Source: an archaeon (GTDB lineage: Archaea; Nanobdellota; Nanobdellia; Pacearchaeales; UBA284). Taken from it: a DNA stretch of 55,247 nucleotides. Positions within the stretch are counted from its first letter, which is position 1; the number at the start of each line of letters is the position of its first letter. This document shows, piece by piece, positions 19,480-29,407 of this stretch. Under the pieces are notes generated by a model that did not search any database, had not been told where the DNA came from, and saw only the letters and a list, made by a program, of their open reading frames with translations. The position numbers were made by a program, and so were the translations under genes. The DNA is taken from positions 1 to 55,247 of the forward strand of contig JAUWNL010000003.1 in assembly GCA_030612665.1 (NCBI GenBank), read 5' to 3'.

Positions 19480-22149
19480 TTACCTTTTTCTTAGTTTATT
19501 AAGTCTCTTTTCTTTTATAATTTTTACTACTTCAAAAATAATTATCCCTGAAACTGCAAGTGGAATAACAATCATCCAATCTCTTATAGTGAGGGGAACA
19601 ACTCCAAATAAGGTTCCAAGAGGAGAATAAATAAGGATTATCTGGAGCATAATAGCAATAATAACCGCTCCTGTAAGATATTTATTTGAAAAAATTCCTA
19701 TTTTATGCAATGGTTTATTTGAACGGCAAGTAAATATAAAGAACATCTCAAAAATAATTCCTGTTGTTAATACGAGGGTCCTTATTTTTTCTATATTATA
19801 AGCAGATTGTAATCCTAAATGAAAGATGACAAGTTCTGCAATAAAAGCAAGTAATGCAGCAAACACCAAGAACAGAGTTATCCCCTGAAGCATTGATTTC
19901 TCTTTAATAGGTTTTTTATTCAAAACACTCTCCCCTTTTTCCACACTTAAAGCAAGAGCAGGGAGACTATCAGTCACTAGATTAGTCCATAAAATCTGCA
20001 GAGGTAATAAAGGCAAAGGTAGTCTCATGATAATAGAATAAAGAACAATCATCAATTCAGAAAAATTAACTCCAAGAAGAAACTTTGTTGATTTTTTTAT
20101 ATTATCATAAACAATTCTTCCTTCCTTGACACCTTTCACAATTGAAGCAAAATTATCATCAATAAGAATAATATTTGAAGTTTCTCTTGCAACATCACTT
20201 CCACGGATTCCCATTGCAATCCCTATGTCTGCTGCTTTGAGAGCAGGAGCATCATTTACTCCATCACCAGTCACAGCAACTATCTCTTTTTTTTCTTTCA
20301 AGATATTTATTATTCTTAATTTATGTTCTGGGCTAATTCTTGCAAAGATTGTAATATCATCAATCCTTGATTTAAGTTCAGAATCACTCATTCTTTCGAG
20401 CTCATCAACGTTAATTGCCTCCCCCATCAAACCAATTTTATTAGCTACAGCTTTAGCAGTCAACAATGAATCTCCAGTAATTATTTTTATTACTATGCCA
20501 GCATTTTCAGCTGCTTTAATAGCCCCCCTGACTTCTGGTCTTGGAGGATCCATCATTCCTTCAAACCCTATGAAAACCAGGTTTTGTTCAGCATCTTTTT
20601 GTTTAATCTTGCTTGCTTTCATGTTTAATTCTTTAAATGCAAATCCAAGAACTCGCAATCCAGAAGAAGCCATCTCTTCATAAACATGAATAATCTCTTT
20701 TTTTCTTGCTTGAGTTAATTGTTGAATCTTACCAAAAACAATTTCCTTAGAACATCTTTCAATCAACACGTCTGGAGCACCTTTAACATAACTTATTATT
20801 TTTCCATCTTGTTGCCTGCGTCTTATAATTGACATTAATTTTCTTGAAGAACTAAATGCGAATTCTTTAATTCTTAATTCTTCTGCAGTTAATTCTCTTT
20901 TATCAAATCCATAATCTAATGCTGCCCTAAGAAGAGCTTTTTCTGTTGGATCTCCAAAAAATATTTTTTTATCATCAATTTCTTCAATCCTCGCATTATT
21001 ACAAAGACAATTTGTTTTAAACAAAATCTCAAGGCTTTTTTCTTTATCTCTTTCTTTATCTTTCTCTCTCTTCACTTTTTCTAATTCAATCAATTTATTA
21101 TCATAAAATAAATCTGTAACTGTCATCTTTTCACTTGTTATAGTTCCTGTTTTATCACTACAAATCACAGTAACTCTACCAAGAGTTTCAGCAGAAGGAA
21201 GTGTTCTAATCAAACTTTTTTGTTTAAACATTCTTTGAACAGCTATTGCCAAACAAATAGTGATTACTGCTGGAAGACCTTCTGGAACAGCAGCAACAGC
21301 AAGACTTATTGAAGTCAATAAAACATCAAATTTATCCATTCCAAGGAAGAATCCAATTAATCCAATTAATACTGAAATAAAAATAATAAATAATCCAACT
21401 TTTTTTGCAAAGCTGTCTATTCTTTTTTGCAAAGGGGTTTTTTCCTGCTTAACTTTTTGCACCATAAAAGCAATTTTTCCAAATTCAGTATTCATTCCTG
21501 TAGAGAAGACAACAGCCTTAGCAGAACCCAACACAATACTTGTTCCAGAATAAACAATATTCTCTCTATCAACGAGAGGAACATCAATCTGCATTTTTTT
21601 TGTGAATTTTACTGCTGCTACACTTTCTCCAGTTAATATGGCTTCATTGACTTGTAATCCCTGGACTTCAATGAGCCTTGCATCAGCAACTATCTTATCT
21701 CCTTCTTGCAAAATAAGAATGTCCCCAGGAACAACTTCAGATGCATGAATTTCATAAAATACATTATTACGTAGAATTTTGGCTTTAGGAACCAACATTT
21801 TTCTTAATTCCCTAATTGAATTTTCTGCTTTATAATTTTGAAAAAAACCTATAGAAGCATTTACAATAACAATAGCCATAATTACATAGAAATCTATCCA
21901 GTGATTAAGTAATGCAGAAATTCCCGCAGCAATCACCAATAAAAAAATAAAAAAAGAATTAAATTGAGAAAGAAGAATCAACAAGGGCCTTATTCTCCCT
22001 TTTCTTTTTATCTCGTTTTTACCAAATCTCTCTAATCTTAATTTAGCTTCTTTATTCCCTAATCCTTTCTTGTTGCTTTTTAATTCTTTAATAACAGCAT
22101 CACAAGAAAGCGCATGCCAAGCTATCCCACCTTCAACCTCTTTTTCCAT
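19480..22149 (-). CDS. Cation-transporting P-type ATPase (type IIA, Ca2+-like)
   Basis: TGES, PEGL, DKTGT, KGAP, MDPPR, GDGVNDAPAL. Confidence 0.95.
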   Translation of the reverse strand: MEKEVEGGIAWHALSCDAVIKELKSNKKGLGNKEAKLRLERFGKNEIKRKGRIRPLLILLSQFNSFFIFLLVIAAGISALLNHWIDFYVIMAIVIVNASIGFFQNYKAENSIRELRKMLVPKAKILRNNVFYEIHASEVVPGDILILQEGDKIVADARLIEVQGLQVNEAILTGESVAAVKFTKKMQIDVPLVDRENIVYSGTSIVLGSAKAVVFSTGMNTEFGKIAFMVQKVKQEKTPLQKRIDSFAKKVGLFIIFISVLIGLIGFFLGMDKFDVLLTSISLAVAAVPEGLPAVITICLAIAVQRMFKQKSLIRTLPSAETLGRVTVICSDKTGTITSEKMTVTDLFYDNKLIELEKVKREKDKERDKEKSLEILFKTNCLCNNARIEEIDDKKIFFGDPTEKALLRAALDYGFDKRELTAEELRIKEFAFSSSRKLMSIIRRRQQDGKIISYVKGAPDVLIERCSKEIVFGKIQQLTQARKKEIIHVYEEMASSGLRVLGFAFKELNMKASKIKQKDAEQNLVFIGFEGMMDPPRPEVRGAIKAAENAGIVIKIITGDSLLTAKAVANKIGLMGEAINVDELERMSDSELKSRIDDITIFARISPEHKLRIINILKEKKEIVAVTGDGVNDAPALKAADIGIAMGIRGSDVARETSNIILIDDNFASIVKGVKEGRIVYDNIKKSTKFLLGVNFSELMIVLYSIIMRLPLPLLPLQILWTNLVTDSLPALALSVEKGESVLNKKPIKEKSMLQGITLFLVFAALLAFIAELVIFHLGLQSAYNIEKIRTLVLTTGIIFEMFFIFTCRSNKPLHKIGIFSNKYLTGAVIIAIMLQIILIYSPLGTLFGVVPLTIRDWMIVIPLAVSGIIIFEVVKIIKEKRLNKLRKR

Positions 22150-22182
22150 AAATCATTTAAACTATTATTGATTATAAACTTT

Positions 22183-23034
22183 ATGATAAATTTCACCAAC
22201 ATCAACATTCTTTTTGAAATAGGGTCATTTAAAGTTCATGCTTGGGGGTTAATGTTTGTCATAGCCTTTATTATTTCCTTTTTATTAATTCTAAGAGAAG
22301 CTAAAAAACAAAAAATTGATTCTAGACATATCTATAATATTGGATTATACATTTTACTTGGATCATTGATTGGTGCAAGACTTTTTTATGTCATAGAACA
22401 CTTGCCTTTCTTTTTACAAGATCCCCTCAAAATTCTTTTAGTCTGGCAAGGTGGCTTGACAAGTTATGGTTCTCTACTTGCAATTTTTTTCGTTTGGTTA
22501 TACATAAGGAAACAAAAAGATCTCAGTTTTTCAAAAATCCTTGACATAATGGCTCCATATATTGTTCTTGCATTTGCAATAACAAGAATTGGTTGTTTCC
22601 TTCGAGGATGTTGCGGAGGTATTGCAACAGACTTGCCATGGGCAGTTAATGGAAAACATCCAACACAACTCTATGAATCAATCTACAGCATGATTATTGT
22701 TTTCATTCTTCTAAGACTCAAAAAAATAAAAAAAGCAGGAAAGAAAACAAGATTCAAAATTCTTCTCAATAAAAAAGGCGCAATGTTTTTATATTTCCTC
22801 GGCATGTATTCTTTCTTCAGATTCTTCAATGACTTTCTCCGTGTTTATGAAACATTCTTTTTTGGTTTTGCATTAAGCCAGTGGATAGCTCTTGGAATCT
22901 TTGTTTCTTCTATGGTTTTGCTTATAAAAACTCGCTCTAGTTTTGCTATTTGGAAAATTAAGGATTCAGTAAAATTTGTAAAAAAAATTAGAGCTGAGAG
23001 TGAAAAAAGACTTTTAAGACGGAAAATAGAATAA
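22183..23034 (+). CDS. lgt: Prolipoprotein diacylglyceryl transferase-like protein
   Basis: IGARLFYV, WQGGLTSYG, RIGCFLRGCCGG, HPTQLYE, YSFFRFFNDFLR. Confidence 0.85.
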   Translation: MINFTNINILFEIGSFKVHAWGLMFVIAFIISFLLILREAKKQKIDSRHIYNIGLYILLGSLIGARLFYVIEHLPFFLQDPLKILLVWQGGLTSYGSLLAIFFVWLYIRKQKDLSFSKILDIMAPYIVLAFAITRIGCFLRGCCGGIATDLPWAVNGKHPTQLYESIYSMIIVFILLRLKKIKKAGKKTRFKILLNKKGAMFLYFLGMYSFFRFFNDFLRVYETFFFGFALSQWIALGIFVSSMVLLIKTRSSFAIWKIKDSVKFVKKIRAESEKRLLRRKIE

Positions 23035-23073
23035 GAGACATAAGTATATTTATTGGTAATTTATATGGAATAG

Positions 23074-23091
23074 TTAAGCCAGCTCACCCCA
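23074..23091 (-). repeat. Relic copy of aIF2-gamma 3' end (WGELA*)
   Basis: TGG GGT GAG CTG GCT TAA vs TGG GGT GAA CTT GCA TAA at 23931-23948. Confidence 0.8.
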
Positions 23092-23100
23092 AAAAATAAT

Positions 23101-23892
23101 TTATTTCAAAATAGTGCTTTTTCTTACATGGCTTTTGTTATTAACTCTTAATACAGAAAAATAGTGTCCGTTATGTTCTGGTTCAAATTTATAATTATAA
23201 TCTCCAGGAGATTGGTTTTCATCAACAATTTCTCCTACTTTAACTCCAAGAAGACTATAAATAGAAAGATTAACTTGCGCATTACTTTTCAATGTGTAAT
23301 CTAATTCAATTTTTTTTGAAGGATTAACACCTGTTTTAAAATTATAAAGTATTTTTTCAAGACCTTTTTTTTCTTCAGTTCCTACACTTGTAGATATTTT
23401 AGCATAAAGATAATCTGCTTTCCACAAACTATCTACATTACCTGTAGCTAATGATTTTATTTGTGTTTCAAGACCAAATATATCTTGCCACGTCCAAGAT
23501 TTTTGTCCTGTTATATCATATTCAATAATATTTGGTACTGAATCTCCTAAAAATGATTTTTCTATACCTTGCCATGGAGGTGTTCCATCAATATAACCTT
23601 TCATTAAAAGAGAATCATCAACAAATCCAGAGATATTATTTAGAGCACAAATCCTTACATTCGTAATAATCTGGTTAGTTGTTTCAGCAGGAGTAGGATC
23701 TCTTAGAGAAACTCTCAGTTCTTTATTATCTTTGTCACAAAAAGAATATTGGCTGTCAGCAACAAATGTATTTTCTGGATTTATCCATTTATTTCCAGGA
23801 TTCGAAGTTACTCCGTCAGCTGGCAATTCTAATAATAATGGTTTAGCAAGACTAGCTAAAAAGAATAATGTAACAGCAAGTTTTTTAAACAT
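23101..23892 (-). CDS. Secreted protein with T9SS type-A sorting (CTD)-like C-terminus
   Basis: Signal peptide; C-terminal NP..IELDYTL...VNLSIYSLLGVKV...PGDY...GHYF...RKSTILK. Confidence 0.7.
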   Translation of the reverse strand: MFKKLAVTLFFLASLAKPLLLELPADGVTSNPGNKWINPENTFVADSQYSFCDKDNKELRVSLRDPTPAETTNQIITNVRICALNNISGFVDDSLLMKGYIDGTPPWQGIEKSFLGDSVPNIIEYDITGQKSWTWQDIFGLETQIKSLATGNVDSLWKADYLYAKISTSVGTEEKKGLEKILYNFKTGVNPSKKIELDYTLKSNAQVNLSIYSLLGVKVGEIVDENQSPGDYNYKFEPEHNGHYFSVLRVNNKSHVRKSTILK

Positions 23893-23930
23893 TTTACTTA
23901 AATTTTAAACCTCTGATGGATTTATAAAGT

Positions 23931-25148
23931 TTATGCAAGTTCACCCCAACCAATAAGTCTCCAATGTCCATTATAATTTCTAGCTATACCAAATCTGTCT
24001 TCTAAGAAAGGAACAATCGGGATCTTCAGAAAAAGTTCAGTAACTTTCTCGCGTGCAGATGTGACTTGCCCGACACTAATAGAAGTATTTACACTTAACA
24101 TTAAAGTTTCATTGCTCTTAATCTTTTCAACAGCTAATTTTTCTTTTGTACCAACAATTTCCTTGAATAAATTAACTTTAAGTTTAATCTTATTAGTTAT
24201 TTCAGGAAGGGTTCCACCAAGAGAAGCGACACAACCAGATAATGAATCAGCTTTAGTCAGCAAAGGGTCAAGACTTGTTTGAATAGCAAGGCTTCCAGAA
24301 GGTAAAGCCTCATCAAGATTGTTTTTCCCTGAACGCAAGGCAATAATTTTTGTCTTGATTGTTTCATATTCTGTTTTATTCTGTTTTTTCAGAGATTTCC
24401 CAGGTTTAATTTCAATCTCTTGTCCAACAACAAGCTTTCCTTTCTTGAGAGTTCCACCAAGAATTCCTCCCCTAAGCTGTTCAGGTTTTGTTCCAGGTTT
24501 GTTAACATCAAAACTTCTAGCCACAAGGAATAAAGGCTTGCTCTTGACATCTCTTTCAGGCACCTCAAGTTCATTAATAACTTCAAGAATAGCAGAAATA
24601 TTAACTGCTTGCTGTCCACAAACAGGAATTATCTCAGCATTTTTAGCAATAGTTCCTTTGATAAATTCCTTAATCTTCTTATACTGTGCGAGTGCTTGTT
24701 CTTTAGTAACAAGATCAAGTTTATTTTGAATAATAATAATTTGTTTTATCTCCTTACTTTCCAAGGCTAGCAGATGTTCTTTGGTTTGTGGTTGTGGAAA
24801 ATCCTCATTAGCTGCAATAACCAACATGGCAGCATCAATTATAGCAGCTCCTCCGAGCATTGTTGCCATCAACATCTCATGTCCAGGAGCATCAATGAAA
24901 CTAATATATCTCACCTCTTCAGTCTTACCACCACATTCACATTCTTCTTTGATTGTATACATCCCACATTTTTCACACTTCCTAATAACTGCATCAGCAT
25001 ACCCCAACTTGATTGTAATTCCTCTTTTCAGCTCTTCAGAATGTTTATCACTCCAAACTCCAGTCAGTTGATAGAGTAAAGTTGTCTTGCCATGATCTAT
25101 ATGTCCTACAAGACCAATATTCAATACAGGTTGTTTTGTTATCATCAA
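23931..25148 (-). CDS. eif2g: Translation initiation factor 2 gamma subunit
   Basis: GHIDHGKTT, EELKRGITIKLGY, DAPGHE, PQPQTKEH, WRLIGWG. Confidence 0.97.
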   Translation of the reverse strand: MMITKQPVLNIGLVGHIDHGKTTLLYQLTGVWSDKHSEELKRGITIKLGYADAVIRKCEKCGMYTIKEECECGGKTEEVRYISFIDAPGHEMLMATMLGGAAIIDAAMLVIAANEDFPQPQTKEHLLALESKEIKQIIIIQNKLDLVTKEQALAQYKKIKEFIKGTIAKNAEIIPVCGQQAVNISAILEVINELEVPERDVKSKPLFLVARSFDVNKPGTKPEQLRGGILGGTLKKGKLVVGQEIEIKPGKSLKKQNKTEYETIKTKIIALRSGKNNLDEALPSGSLAIQTSLDPLLTKADSLSGCVASLGGTLPEITNKIKLKVNLFKEIVGTKEKLAVEKIKSNETLMLSVNTSISVGQVTSAREKVTELFLKIPIVPFLEDRFGIARNYNGHWRLIGWGELA

Positions 25149-25205
25149 AACAGAAAAGAAAACACTCTTTTAAATATTTCTCAATCTAACTTAATTTAAT
25201 TTTCC

Positions 25206-25388
25206 CTATTCACATGCATGTATACGCATCCCTTGAAGTGAGAATTTCTTTCTTTCATTTATCTTATTTTCATCACAAATTAATTTTTCTAAGTTTTCAT
25301 TTCCATAAACTTCAAAATTATCTTCATAACTATCCCCATACATCTCTACATATATCTTTAGAAGAGTATATATTCCTTTTACTGGCAT
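25206..25388 (-). CDS. Small hypothetical protein
   Basis: 60-aa ORF between S6e and aIF2-gamma. Confidence 0.35.
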   Translation of the reverse strand: MPVKGIYTLLKIYVEMYGDSYEDNFEVYGNENLEKLICDENKINERKKFSLQGMRIHACE

Positions 25389-25549
25389 TTTATTTTCTTA
25401 GTTAAATCTTTAGTAGATGTCTTTTTTAGAGAAAGATTATATTTAAAGATTTATAGTAATAGAAATATATTCTTATAATATATACAAAAAAGAATAATAA
25501 TAAAAAATAAAATAAATGAAGATAATAATAAAAATAAAATAAAAAAAGT

Positions 25550-26074
25550 TTATTTCCCTTCTTCAGTTGATTTTTCGTCTCCTTTTTCTGCTGGTTCTTC
25601 TTTTTTCTCTTTAGCAGGTTCCTCTTCTTTTGTTTCTTTCTCTTTAGTTTCTTCTTCAGTTTTCTCTTCAGGTTTTTCTTCCTTACCAAAAACTTCTTCA
25701 AGAGGCTTAGTTCCTTGTTTAATCACAGATAAATTTATTTGAATAATACCTTCATCAATTGTGTTAGCATGAACACTCTTTCTAAGTTTGAGCCCTTTAA
25801 CAGGCTTTCTCAACTTTTTCTTTTTTTTCACCTTTCTCAATCCCTTGCCTCTAGTCAAAAGCACTCGTTTCAAGCCCATGCCTTCAACATCAGCAAGAGC
25901 AGGAAAACCTTGCTTGTCACTTGCGCCAGTGATCTTAAATTCATAACCATCCAGCCTAGAATCAAAATCTTTTCCAGCAACACTCTCTCCAACCTTCTTT
26001 CCATTAAAGACAGGAGCTTCTATCTCAAGCTTGTGTGTCTTTCCTTTCTGCGATATATTTAATTTAAATACCAT
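25550..26074 (-). CDS. rps6e: 30S ribosomal protein S6e (acidic C-terminal tail)
   Basis: FKLNIS, ITGASDKQGFP, RKSVHANTI, QINL; usual position between aIF5B and aIF2-gamma. Confidence 0.92.
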   Translation of the reverse strand: MVFKLNISQKGKTHKLEIEAPVFNGKKVGESVAGKDFDSRLDGYEFKITGASDKQGFPALADVEGMGLKRVLLTRGKGLRKVKKKKKLRKPVKGLKLRKSVHANTIDEGIIQINLSVIKQGTKPLEEVFGKEEKPEEKTEEETKEKETKEEEPAKEKKEEPAEKGDEKSTEEGK

Positions 26075-26090
26075 CTTAATATTTTATCTT

Positions 26091-26351
26091 TCAAATTTCA
26101 CTTACTAAAGGAACTTCTAAATTATTTACGTTTATTATCCCCTCCAAGTTTTTTAAAAATTCTGTTACTCTTCTTTTTAAAAAAAAACCATTCCTGAAAG
26201 AAGGTTTTTTTATAATTTTTTTAATTTCTGATGAATGTGGCTCAAAAGTAAACTGGTCATTTGGTAACTCATTTATGCGCCCATATCTTTCTAATATCTT
26301 TAGTATCATTGTTCTATAATGTGAATCAGTTGTTGTGATTAGATATTCCAT
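26091..26351 (-). CDS. Hypothetical protein
   Basis: Fills the infB-rps6e gap; probable start MEYL. Confidence 0.55.
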   Translation of the reverse strand: MEYLITTTDSHYRTMILKILERYGRINELPNDQFTFEPHSSEIKKIIKKPSFRNGFFLKRRVTEFLKNLEGIINVNNLEVPLVSEI

Positions 26352-26353
26352 TT

Positions 26354-28081
26354 TTATATCCCCCAAGTTGCCTTAATTTTCCTTTTTATTTGAGCAATTT
26401 CTTGAAGTAATGAAATTTCTTCTTTGCTTAAATACTTTTTGTTTTCCCTGAGAATTCTAAACTCATCTTCATTTATATTAGAATAAAGGAAATCATCTTC
26501 TTTAACTTGTCTACCAAACGTGACTTTAGGAAGAGAAATAGCTAATTCTTTTCCTTGCCCTGCTTTATCAATATTCTTGCTTTCATGTTGCATTCCCTTA
26601 ACCTTGGCTATCTCATTCCCATCAGAATTCATTAACCTAACTCCACTTTTCAAGGTTCCAATCTCAATTCGAACACCAAAAACAGCAGGTTTGCTCTGTC
26701 TGAAACAACAATTTCTAAGGATCTTGAGCTTGCAAGGCATTGTAACTTTTTCAAGTTTCTTTCTTTCAATTTCAATGGCTTTCTTTTCTCGCCATTTAGC
26801 AAGTTCTTCAATAATATGATAAATAATCTCACTTTCAATGACATGAATCCTTTCATCACCAATTTCTTCTTCAATTGTGACATTAAAAGCAACAATAACA
26901 GCATTTAATGGCTGAGTTTCTAGATTTGCAATTGCAGAAACAACATTCCCCCGAGTGACATTGCCTATTCCAGCTTTACTGATTTTAATTCCATTTTTCC
27001 TAAGCAAGTCAATAAGTGCCTCAAGCGAGCCAAGACCTTCAGCCTTGACAATAATTCCTTTTTTATCCAGCTTAATTGATTCAGAAATTTCTTTTTGAAG
27101 TTCTTGTTTTAACTCATCAATATCTCCAGTCTTGACAGCAAAAGGCATCCCAGGAACTAGGCCTTCTGTTGTAGGCAGCTGAAGTCTTATCCCAGCTGCA
27201 GCAATAACCTCCTCGCGTAATTCATAACCTCTACCAAAAGGTAATGCCTCAAACAAAGACCTCATCTTTATTACAACAGGCTCTTCAAAACCAGCAACAA
27301 TAATTTCATCTTCCTTTTTCAACCTCCCATCATAAAGAATTGCTTCAATACAAGTAAACCCCTTCTCCTTTTTTATCTCAAGTATTGTGCCTTTTCCTTG
27401 CTCCCCAATATTTAATTTCCCTTTAAGGAATCTTTGAGCAAGTCCAGCAAGCATGACCATTAATTCAGGCAATCCCTCACAGGTTTTTCCAGAACAAGGA
27501 ATAAGCGCGAGTTGTTTGCTAAAATTTCCAATTCTATAAAAAATCTCAGAATCAAAACCAAGAGCATTAAACGAGCCCAGAATATTATAAAACTTTTTTT
27601 CAAAATCTTTTTTAGTGAATTCATTTTGACTTTCAATATTCTCGCGAAGATCCTCATGAATTTTCTTCCAACCAGCAATCCTATCAACTTTATTAAGAGC
27701 AACAATAAAAGGAATTTTATTCATTCGAAGCACTTCAATACTCTCACGAGTCTGCTCCATAATTCCTTCATTAATATCAACCACAAGAACAGCAAGGTCA
27801 GCAAGTGCTCCACCACGTTTCCGGAGATTTGTAAAAGCAGCATGTCCTGGAGTATCAATAAAAAGAAAACCAGGAATCTCTAAATCTATTCCAAACTTTT
27901 CAAGCAATGAGCCGCATTTCTCTTTAATATGATCTGAAGGAACTTGAGTAAAACTAATCTTTTGAGTAATAGCGCCAGCTTCTTTACCCGCAACACAGGT
28001 GCCCCTAATACTATCTAAGATAGTTGTCTTGCCATGGTCAACATGGCCTGCTACAGTCACGATTGGTTGTCTAATTTTCAT
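26354..28081 (-). CDS. infB: Translation initiation factor aIF5B (IF-2)
   Basis: IRQPIVTVAGHVDHGKT, DTPGHAAFTNLRKRGG, NKVD. Confidence 0.97.
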   Translation of the reverse strand: MKIRQPIVTVAGHVDHGKTTILDSIRGTCVAGKEAGAITQKISFTQVPSDHIKEKCGSLLEKFGIDLEIPGFLFIDTPGHAAFTNLRKRGGALADLAVLVVDINEGIMEQTRESIEVLRMNKIPFIVALNKVDRIAGWKKIHEDLRENIESQNEFTKKDFEKKFYNILGSFNALGFDSEIFYRIGNFSKQLALIPCSGKTCEGLPELMVMLAGLAQRFLKGKLNIGEQGKGTILEIKKEKGFTCIEAILYDGRLKKEDEIIVAGFEEPVVIKMRSLFEALPFGRGYELREEVIAAAGIRLQLPTTEGLVPGMPFAVKTGDIDELKQELQKEISESIKLDKKGIIVKAEGLGSLEALIDLLRKNGIKISKAGIGNVTRGNVVSAIANLETQPLNAVIVAFNVTIEEEIGDERIHVIESEIIYHIIEELAKWREKKAIEIERKKLEKVTMPCKLKILRNCCFRQSKPAVFGVRIEIGTLKSGVRLMNSDGNEIAKVKGMQHESKNIDKAGQGKELAISLPKVTFGRQVKEDDFLYSNINEDEFRILRENKKYLSKEEISLLQEIAQIKRKIKATWGI

Positions 28082-28227
28082 GCAAACTTAAAAGAAAATT
28101 AACTTTTAAATCTTACTTCTTTTTATGCCTTGTAGAAAGAGAATAAGAACACAAGATAAAGATAAATTTAGTTAACAAACAGAGCCCTCTTAGAAAGATT
28201 TAAGAATTAGAAAATTATATACTTTTT

Positions 28228-28548
28228 ATGAAAGTGATAACCTTTATGGTATTAATAGCATTCTTTCTGATGTTTTTATTTTTTATAAACGGATGTGTCA
28301 AAGACAACATTGAATGGGAAAAAACAGACAACTTATGGCGAGCAACAAATATGACCTGTTTAGAAGAAAAGCACATAGATTATCTTTGTATTGATAACTG
28401 TTATGAAGAAACAACAGATATATGGCAATTTTGTCAAGATAAAGGAACTATAAAACAAACAAACACTGGAATAGACGTCCTTTGTTTTCCCCAAAGTTGT
28501 ATTCCCCAGATTATCGAAGAAGAATGTACCGTGGTTTGTCCACTTTAA
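28228..28548 (+). CDS. Small Cys-rich putative lipoprotein
   Basis: Hydrophobic N-terminus ending FING|C. Confidence 0.6.
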   Translation: MKVITFMVLIAFFLMFLFFINGCVKDNIEWEKTDNLWRATNMTCLEEKHIDYLCIDNCYEETTDIWQFCQDKGTIKQTNTGIDVLCFPQSCIPQIIEEECTVVCPL

Positions 28549-28560
28549 ATCTTATTTAAA

Positions 28561-29385
28561 TTACCTAAAAACAATTCCAGCATAACCAACAGCAGTATTA
28601 TAATCCCCAGAAATATCTCCACTTGTATAATAATCAATGAGTTTGGCTTGCCATTTTTTGATTTTAGCTATTTCACTTAAAATTGTTATTCCATATATCC
28701 CACAAACAGTTGATTTTTCAGCTAAACTGTAGAAACCTTTAGAATCATTCTTTGAAATTTCAAGAATCATATTATTATCTAATCTAAACAGGTTTTCCTT
28801 AACATCCTTACTAAATGGAATAAATCCATATGAAGCACCATAATGAGTAAAATCAGATGAAACAATAATTGCTTCGTTAACAATAATCTCAGAAAGAATC
28901 CCAGCAATTTTCTTACAATCTTCATAACTTAATCCACCCAAGATAATAGAAACAATTTCAAATTTTTTCTGGCTAAGTTGTAAAAAAGGAAGCTGAACTT
29001 CAATACTATGTTCAGATTGATGAGCCTTTTCATTGACCTCAACAACAATCCTCTCTTTTTCCAGCTTTTTCATAATTCTCTCACTAAGACTTTTATTACA
29101 TTTGACAATTCCTAAAGGTGTTTCAAAATTCTCAAGACTAAAACATACTTTCGAGCCAATCCCAGAATGATTAACTCCCAAAATAATAAAATCTTTTTTA
29201 TTAGGAATCAAGCTAAATGTCTTGCCAGCAAGTTTCCCAGAAAACATGTATCCAGCATGTGGAACAATCGCAGCATGAACATTCTCCCTTTTACCAGAAC
29301 CAAGAAACTTCTCAACTTGTTTCTTTAATTCATCCTTGTCCGCAGGATAAAATTGACCTGCAACAATTGGTTTTCTCATAGTCAT
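28561..29385 (-). CDS. MEMO1 family protein (AmmeMemoRadiSam protein B)
   Basis: RKPIVAGQFYP, PHAGYMFSG, EHSIEVQLPFLQ, SSDFTHYG, VGYAG. Confidence 0.94.
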   Translation of the reverse strand: MTMRKPIVAGQFYPADKDELKKQVEKFLGSGKRENVHAAIVPHAGYMFSGKLAGKTFSLIPNKKDFIILGVNHSGIGSKVCFSLENFETPLGIVKCNKSLSERIMKKLEKERIVVEVNEKAHQSEHSIEVQLPFLQLSQKKFEIVSIILGGLSYEDCKKIAGILSEIIVNEAIIVSSDFTHYGASYGFIPFSKDVKENLFRLDNNMILEISKNDSKGFYSLAEKSTVCGIYGITILSEIAKIKKWQAKLIDYYTSGDISGDYNTAVGYAGIVFR

Positions 29386-29407
29386 GCAAAATTAAAAGAA
29401 AAAGCAA

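Noticed and set aside
25196-25213. Possible relic of the rps6e 3' end flanking ORF 25206-25388
   Set aside because: Only about 7 matching bases; not distinguishable from chance.
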